IMG/VR virus record: IMGVR_UViG_2889436542_000005
Location: 509 to 64,508 of that record
Direction: 5' to 3' (one strand)
DNA length: 64,000 bases
Source of the DNA: a virus
Lineage: Duplodnaviria > Caudoviricetes
Shown in pieces: positions 58,755 to 64,000 of this stretch. The notes beneath the pieces were generated by a model. It was not told where the DNA came from. It saw only the letters and a program-made list of their open reading frames with translations, and did not search any database. The stretch's first letter is position 1, and each line of letters begins with the position of its first letter. A program made the translations under genes and the position numbers.

Positions 58755-58966
58755 ACGAACCTTCTAACACACCGAAAAAGTACATATGGTGGGACGAGTA
58801 GCCAGGCAAGCGCAAAAACAAAGAAAGCGCCAATCGTTCTTAAAATGATGAATGCGGTTAAAACCAGTAGCGCCAGCGGGAATGCCAGCCAAACAAAAAA
58901 ATTAGTCATAGGACTAACACCCTCCGCTATCTCTATGAATGACGAAACGTATTCTTTATAGTTCAT
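58751..58966 (-). CDS. Small membrane protein
   Basis: 71 aa hydrophobic. Confidence 0.55.
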   Translation of the reverse strand: MNYKEYVSSFIEIAEGVSPMTNFFVWLAFPLALLVLTAFIILRTIGAFFVFALAWLLVPPYVLFRCVRRFV

Positions 58967-59243
58967 TGACTAAATTCCACTTCTTAAAAAGCTGATCAAT
59001 CGAGGAATAGGTCTGATGACCGATTACACGATCAACTTCTTTGTCGTTTTCCATTACCAGAATGGTGGGTACGCCCCGAACGTTATGTGCAAGAAACTCT
59101 TCTCTGTTCGCATCCATGTCAAAAATCGTCAGCGGAACATCATTGAGATTGGCATAATCCGTAATTAAGGGTTTAAGTGTTCGACATGGGGAACACGTCA
59201 CACTTGTGAACACGTAAATCTTCTTATTTGTCATCAAATTCAC
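58956..59243 (-). CDS. Thioredoxin-like protein
   Basis: CSPC CxxC; VRGVPT cis-Pro motif. Confidence 0.88.
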   Translation of the reverse strand: MNLMTNKKIYVFTSVTCSPCRTLKPLITDYANLNDVPLTIFDMDANREEFLAHNVRGVPTILVMENDKEVDRVIGHQTYSSIDQLFKKWNLVNEL

Positions 59244-59931
59244 TTTCTACTTTTTTATATTCGTCATCGTGAACGTTTTGAATATCAATTCGCTCTCGAT
59301 AACGCTTCAAGATATAGATGTCAGGGGCGAGGTCATCAACCAAATCGGTATGCGTGGTGGCAACAATCAAAGTCGCACCACATTTGCGAGCAATTTTTTG
59401 CAAATTGAAGGCGATATTTTTCGCTGTGACTCGATCAAGTACCGCTAAGAACTCATCCGCAAACCACACCTGCGCCCCTGACTCGATCAATTTGGCCAAT
59501 TTGAGTCGATAGCGTTGTCCGTCAGAAAGTTCCTTTGGTTTTCTCAAATAGAGATTAGCGTCTGACAAGCCAACCAGAGAGAAAATCTGGAGCGCTTCAC
59601 TGACGGTTGGACAAAGTTGATCGATGATCGGTTGATCGGTCATCAAGGTTTTGTCGATGTCCGCTACCTTGAGACCGTCCTGAGTCATGAGCTTTTTCAG
59701 CTCATTCAAAATTGTTGATTTTCCAGAGCCTGACTGTCCAGTAATGTAAATCACATCACCGTCTCTCAGCTTCAATTCCAAATTGTCAAAAACAACAAAG
59801 TCTTTTTCATCCAGGCCGAGACCAAAAGCTTCTGCAATTTCAAGCACTCTTTCGGTTCTCTCCACTTCGGTCGAAAAATGTTTGTTGATGAGATAAGTTC
59901 TTTCTGCCATATCTTGTCTCTGGATACTCAT
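59224..59931 (-). CDS. Soluble ABC-type ATPase
   Basis: GQSGSGKST, LSDGQ signature variant, FADEF, ATTH. Confidence 0.9.
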   Translation of the reverse strand: MSIQRQDMAERTYLINKHFSTEVERTERVLEIAEAFGLGLDEKDFVVFDNLELKLRDGDVIYITGQSGSGKSTILNELKKLMTQDGLKVADIDKTLMTDQPIIDQLCPTVSEALQIFSLVGLSDANLYLRKPKELSDGQRYRLKLAKLIESGAQVWFADEFLAVLDRVTAKNIAFNLQKIARKCGATLIVATTHTDLVDDLAPDIYILKRYRERIDIQNVHDDEYKKVESEFDDK

Positions 59932-59936
59932 CTTGC

Positions 59937-60401
59937 TTACTGAACGCTTTTATTGTCGGAATAAAGCTTCAGACTGTTAGCGTCAATAGCGTGCAAATTA
60001 ATCATTAAGTAGCCAACCAGTTCGGGATTGTCCTGGAAAACCTGACAAAGACCATTTGCGCCCGAAGTGACAAAGTTTTCATCAGTCCATTCGGGCTGAG
60101 CGTTCTTATAGCCATAACCGTGATTGAAATGAACTGCATGCAAAATCTCATGCAACAAAGTATTGGCTTCATCAACTTCATTGACCTGATCGTCGATGTA
60201 AATTGTCGCCCGCTTGTAATCGGTCATTCCAAATACTTCGCCGTCCATGTTCTTCAAGAAATGTTCGCCATCTGAAATTTTCTTGACTTCGTAATACTGA
60301 TAACCAATTTTGACCATCTTCGGGAGTTCAGCTCTTACGAAATCCACTTCATCTTCTTCAAGGGATTCAATTTCAGGGGCTGTAGTGTTCTTCTTTGTCA
60401 T
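59937..60401 (-). CDS. HExxH metallopeptidase-like protein
   Basis: TLLHEILHA...DE motif. Confidence 0.65.
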   Translation of the reverse strand: MTKKNTTAPEIESLEEDEVDFVRAELPKMVKIGYQYYEVKKISDGEHFLKNMDGEVFGMTDYKRATIYIDDQVNEVDEANTLLHEILHAVHFNHGYGYKNAQPEWTDENFVTSGANGLCQVFQDNPELVGYLMINLHAIDANSLKLYSDNKSVQ

Positions 60402-60404
60402 TCT

Positions 60405-61061
60405 TTATTTAATGTAGTTAGAGGCAAATTCAACAAACGCTTCGGCACCAACTTTCTCAGTAGTACCCTCGACTCTTGCCATGAATCGAGCAACGATTCT
60501 TTCTTGTTCGCCCGTAATCGTTTTAAAACCAAGGGCGTCTTGAATCTTGACTGCGGCTTTATCAGTCGCAATAATCTTCTCCTGCGTTTCAGTAGCCTTT
60601 GCCTCAATGTCTGCGTAAAGGTCTTCAGAAACTGCTTCGGGCTTAAATTCGCTTAAATCAGCCTCTAAGAACGCCAGTTCTTTCTTGTCAAAAATCCCGC
60701 TCAAATCTAAGTCGATACTTGCGATTTCGTTTTGCAGACCGACAGTGTCAAAGTCTGAAATTGCCACTCTGTTGTCCGCAATTCGAGACGCTTTGATTTC
60801 TTCATCTGTTAAGTCTCTGCGAACTAAGACAGGCACTCTCTCTAAACCAAGATAACGAGCGGCTTCGCTTCGTCCGTGCCCTTTGATGATTACGCCATCT
60901 TTGTCAACAACGATAGGTTGATCAAACCCAAACCGCTTAATGCTTTCAGCAATCTTGCGAATTTGCTCTTCTCCGTGAATCTTCACGTTGTTGTCATAAG
61001 GCTTGACCTTCTCAATGGGCCAAAATTCAATCGCCAGTGATGTTCCAGTTGTAGAACTCAT
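60405..61061 (-). CDS. ParB/Srx-like N-terminal domain protein 1
   Basis: KPYDNN.K.H, FGFDQPIVVD, IIKGHGR..AA, RIADN. Confidence 0.9.
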   Translation of the reverse strand: MSSTTGTSLAIEFWPIEKVKPYDNNVKIHGEEQIRKIAESIKRFGFDQPIVVDKDGVIIKGHGRSEAARYLGLERVPVLVRRDLTDEEIKASRIADNRVAISDFDTVGLQNEIASIDLDLSGIFDKKELAFLEADLSEFKPEAVSEDLYADIEAKATETQEKIIATDKAAVKIQDALGFKTITGEQERIVARFMARVEGTTEKVGAEAFVEFASNYIK

Positions 61062-61212
61062 GTTCCTTTTCTCTTTCTTCTATTTCTTCTGCGAAAAGTC
61101 TTCTGATCTCTTCACGATCTTCGTATTCGTCAGGCGGCTCTAAACAGTCCACACTGACTTCTTTGGGTACTTCAGGCGGCTTTCTGTCGCTCTTTTTATT
61201 CTTCTTTTCCAT
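61027..61212 (-). CDS. Small acidic hypothetical protein
   Basis: 61 aa between the two ParB-like genes. Confidence 0.45.
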   Translation of the reverse strand: MEKKNKKSDRKPPEVPKEVSVDCLEPPDEYEDREEIRRLFAEEIEEREKEHEFYNWNITGD

Positions 61213-61843
61213 TGCATAAATAGACCAATGCGTCTCCTGCGTTTGTAAGCGAGTCGCTCTCGGTGAAGCCCTGTTCCTTCATGATTCTTTCAATGATTTT
61301 CTGAATCTTTCCAGAGTCTTCAATCGGCACCTTAAAACGCATCACGACATGTGTCCGAACAGGTTTTTCTGTTGGGGTTTCTTCAGCAAGCTCTTCTTCG
61401 TCAACTTCCAAGTCATCAATCTCAATGGAGCTGTTGGCAAACAGGGATTCAAGACTTTTGTCGGTATAGGGCATGTAAGTAGAGAGATCATCAATATCGC
61501 CCAAGCTGGACAGCAATTCCGAGAGTCTGAATGCGTCGTCTTCACCGTAACGACCGTTATCAATCAGCGAGATTTTCTTAGCATCTTCATCACTTAAAGC
61601 GCCAAGATTAATAACCGACACTTCTTTTAAGCCAAGTTCTTGAGCGGCTCTCCAGCGATGCTCTCCACCGATGATTTCAAATGAGTCTTCAAACTCTCTT
61701 ACGAGAATGGGTTTAAACTGACCAAAGCGCTTCAGACTTTCTTTGATCTTCTCTTCATTAGCTGGCGAGACAACATTGGTGTTGTAGGGATTCGGAGTCA
61801 GCTGTTCTATTGGAACTTGTTGTACTTGTAAATTGTTCCGCAT
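61196..61843 (-). CDS. ParB/Srx-like N-terminal domain protein 2
   Basis: PNPYNTN, FGQFKPILVR, IIGGEHRWRAA. Confidence 0.9.
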   Translation of the reverse strand: MRNNLQVQQVPIEQLTPNPYNTNVVSPANEEKIKESLKRFGQFKPILVREFEDSFEIIGGEHRWRAAQELGLKEVSVINLGALSDEDAKKISLIDNGRYGEDDAFRLSELLSSLGDIDDLSTYMPYTDKSLESLFANSSIEIDDLEVDEEELAEETPTEKPVRTHVVMRFKVPIEDSGKIQKIIERIMKEQGFTESDSLTNAGDALVYLCNGKEE

Positions 61844-61861
61844 TAATTAAAGTTATAATAA

Positions 61862-61911
61862 TAAGTAACTGCTTACTTTGTATTATAAGGGTATTATTAT
61901 TCAAATGTCAA
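61862..61911 (-). promoter_or_regulatory. Sigma70-type promoter with operator copy 5
   Basis: TTGACA (61911-61906)-N18-TATAAT (61887-61882); TAAGTAA-CTGC-TTACTTT at 61862-61879. Confidence 0.75.
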
Positions 61912-63434
61912 GTAAAAACAACACGATAAAAATAGTTACGAATGCCGTAACTGCAAAATTGATAGACGCTGATAAGAAAGCGATGCTTGAAGTTAACCGC
62001 TGTCTAACCTATATGGTTGACGGTTACGAACAAACGACATCCTACAAACTGCACAAATGGGACGGTACAGCTTCTTTCTTCAATTTCTCAAAAGCAACAT
62101 TCCCTGCGGGCTTCTTTTATTTCGTTGCCGCTAATCTCAGACAAGCAGGTTATGAAGTTCAGCTTTACAAGAAAGCACTACCAAAACCGCTTGGGAAAAT
62201 GAGACCGAAAATCGGAAACTATGAATATGACCCGAGATACGAGTATCAGTACACAGTGACCGACAAGCTCTTAAAGCATGGTCAGATCATTTGCCGAGCG
62301 GCGACAGGCTCAGGGAAAACGAACTCAGCCATGATTGCTTTTGCGACAATCAACAGACCCACCCTCTTTCTGACAACTCGTTCCATTCTTATGTATCAGA
62401 TGAAAGAGAATGTCGAAAACAATCTTGGCATTGATGTAGCTGTCATTGGTGACGGTAATTTCGGTTTTGAGACTGCTGATGGCTCCAAGGTTCTAAAGAG
62501 ATTTACAGTAGCGACCGTTCAGACGATTCACTCTTATCTGAAAGAGCCAACACCAATGGATAGCCCTCTTGAAGTAGCGACTCAAAGAAAACGTCAAGCG
62601 TTTATGAAAAACATTCTTGAGCGCTTTGAGTTTGTCATTCTTGAAGAAGCTCATGAATCTTCAGCGTCGGGTTGGTTTGAGCTACTGAAAAACTGCACAA
62701 ACGCTTATTATCGACTCGCTTTAACGGGCACCCCGTTTATGAAAGAGTCGCAGGAAATGAATATGCGTCTTATGGCTTCTTCTGGGCCAGTTGCGATCAC
62801 CGTTACCGAAAAACAACTCATTGACTGCGGGATTCTTGCAACGCCCTACTTTAAGTTTGTGCACCTTCAGCAGAAGCCAAAGATGCTTAATCCCAAAACA
62901 TCTTGGCAACCTGCCTATCGAATCGGTATTGTTGAGAATGAAGAACGCAATCAAGCCATAATTTATGAAGCACGACGAGCGATCAATCACGGTTTGACTG
63001 TAATGATTCTCTTTAAGCAGATTGCTCATGGAAAAGTCCTTAAGCAAAAACTTGATGCGCTTGGCATTTCCAATGAGCTTCTTATTGGCGCTGATGACCA
63101 AGCAGAAAGAAAACGAGCCATTAATCTTCTTAAAGAAGGGAAAATCAAAGTCTTGCTTGGCTCAACCATTCTTGATGTTGGGGTTGATGTTCCCGCTGTC
63201 GGTATGGTTATTCTCGCAAGCGCAGGAAAAGCAGAGATTGCGCTAAGACAGAGAATAGGTCGGGGTCTGCGTGCAAAGAAAAATCAAGCTAACATTTGTT
63301 TTGTGGTTGACTTTGATGACCCATTTAATAAGTATCTGAAGAATCACGCTCAGCAAAGAAAAGCGATTATTCAGCATACAGAGGGTTTCAAAGAACATAT
63401 CGTTGAAGATTTTGATTATTCGCTTCTGAAATAA
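61905..63434 (+). CDS. Superfamily 2 helicase (UvsW/ResIII-like)
   Basis: ATGSGKT, LEEAHE, LTGTP, DVGVDVP, QRIGRGLR; likely start MSSKNN at 61905. Confidence 0.9.
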   Translation: MSSKNNTIKIVTNAVTAKLIDADKKAMLEVNRCLTYMVDGYEQTTSYKLHKWDGTASFFNFSKATFPAGFFYFVAANLRQAGYEVQLYKKALPKPLGKMRPKIGNYEYDPRYEYQYTVTDKLLKHGQIICRAATGSGKTNSAMIAFATINRPTLFLTTRSILMYQMKENVENNLGIDVAVIGDGNFGFETADGSKVLKRFTVATVQTIHSYLKEPTPMDSPLEVATQRKRQAFMKNILERFEFVILEEAHESSASGWFELLKNCTNAYYRLALTGTPFMKESQEMNMRLMASSGPVAITVTEKQLIDCGILATPYFKFVHLQQKPKMLNPKTSWQPAYRIGIVENEERNQAIIYEARRAINHGLTVMILFKQIAHGKVLKQKLDALGISNELLIGADDQAERKRAINLLKEGKIKVLLGSTILDVGVDVPAVGMVILASAGKAEIALRQRIGRGLRAKKNQANICFVVDFDDPFNKYLKNHAQQRKAIIQHTEGFKEHIVEDFDYSLLK

Positions 63435-63505
63435 GATTGTTCAACGTCTTTTGACAAACGGCGCTATATTTTGAAGAGTGTTATTTTCAGAATTATGGTG
63501 AATTT

Positions 63506-64000
63506 ATGAAAATCAGCAGAAGAAAAAGCAAGCTTCAAAAACAACGATATGTCGAGATTCCTTTAATCAGCAGTGACAAAATCTCTGACATCAAGAATGT
63601 CGAGTGCATGTTGGCTATGAAGAAGCTCTTCAGAAAGCTAGGCGTCAATGATAAAAAACAATGGGCAGTCACATGCGCCACAGATGACTCGCTATTACCA
63701 GAGGTCCGCAAAAACATGTGGCTTGGTTACTACAAGTGGTTAAATTATTTTTATGGCTCAGGCATCTACATCGTTAAACCAATTAAAGAACTGCCTCAAC
63801 ATTTAGACTCTACTCAGTACATTGCAAGAATCACGCAAAGAGAAGACGGCAAGTACGATTTCTTTTTCTCCAATGACGAAAAAGTGACACTAGACAACCT
63901 TGACGATGTTGAATTTATCGGAAAAGTTCAAATTTTTAAAACTGAAGAAGAGCTAATTCCATTCTGGATGTCTAGCAAAAAGAACGTCGCTATAGAATAA
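63506..64000 (+). CDS. Hypothetical protein
   Basis: 164-aa ORF ending TAA at the window edge. Confidence 0.6.
   Translation: MKISRRKSKLQKQRYVEIPLISSDKISDIKNVECMLAMKKLFRKLGVNDKKQWAVTCATDDSLLPEVRKNMWLGYYKWLNYFYGSGIYIVKPIKELPQHLDSTQYIARITQREDGKYDFFFSNDEKVTLDNLDDVEFIGKVQIFKTEEELIPFWMSSKKNVAIE

Noticed and set aside
59224-59931. ABC transporter system
   Set aside because: No permease or binding protein adjacent; context suggests a soluble ATPase.
1035-61843. Numerous plus-strand and alternate-frame ORFs in the track (e.g. 8266..8667, 10811..11371, 38295..38813, 50426..50980, 58419..58961)
   Set aside because: Shadow ORFs overlapping well-supported genes; no motifs.
1-64000. tRNA or rRNA genes
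   Set aside because: No cloverleaf or rRNA-like sequence seen; intergenic gaps are short or otherwise explained (not confirmed by tRNAscan).

Overview
The whole window is one large temperate siphovirus-type genome segment; no host chromosomal genes are evident. Gene content and order resemble, from recall and not from a search, SSU5/pHCM2-type phage-plasmids. From about 61.8 kb down to 1 kb nearly everything is on the minus strand, in this order: ParB-like/ABC ATPase/GNAT module, terminase, portal, scaffold, capsid, head-tail, two tail-tube paralogues, G/GT chaperones, tape measure, lambda-like tail tip M-L-K-I-J, fibre region, lysis cassette, Doc-type toxin-antitoxin, class III RNR, DNA methylase, radical SAM genes, phosphoesterase, PhoH, helicase, RNA ligase, primase and DNA ligase. 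A 5'-truncated tyrosine recombinase is at the left edge and an SF2 helicase at the right. Main discoveries: (1) a tandem, mostly translationally coupled array of six small fibre-tip genes (26.2-29.1 kb), each with a G9-10 or C9 homopolymer near its 5' end, three ON and three OFF, which looks like a slipped-strand phase-variable receptor-binding repertoire, preceded by a stand-alone fibre anchor/adaptor gene; (2) an orphan fibre gene ending in a (Cx)6 cysteine tail, coupled to an unknown gene and a radical SAM/SPASM enzyme, suggesting enzymatic modification of a virion protein; (3) three atypical inteins, one class-3-like (Pro1) between the NrdD active-site cysteines; (4) NrdD split from its glycyl-radical domain; (5) a TAAGTAA-N4-TTACTTA operator at five intergenic sites. 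All protein calls rest on motif recognition; no database searches were run.
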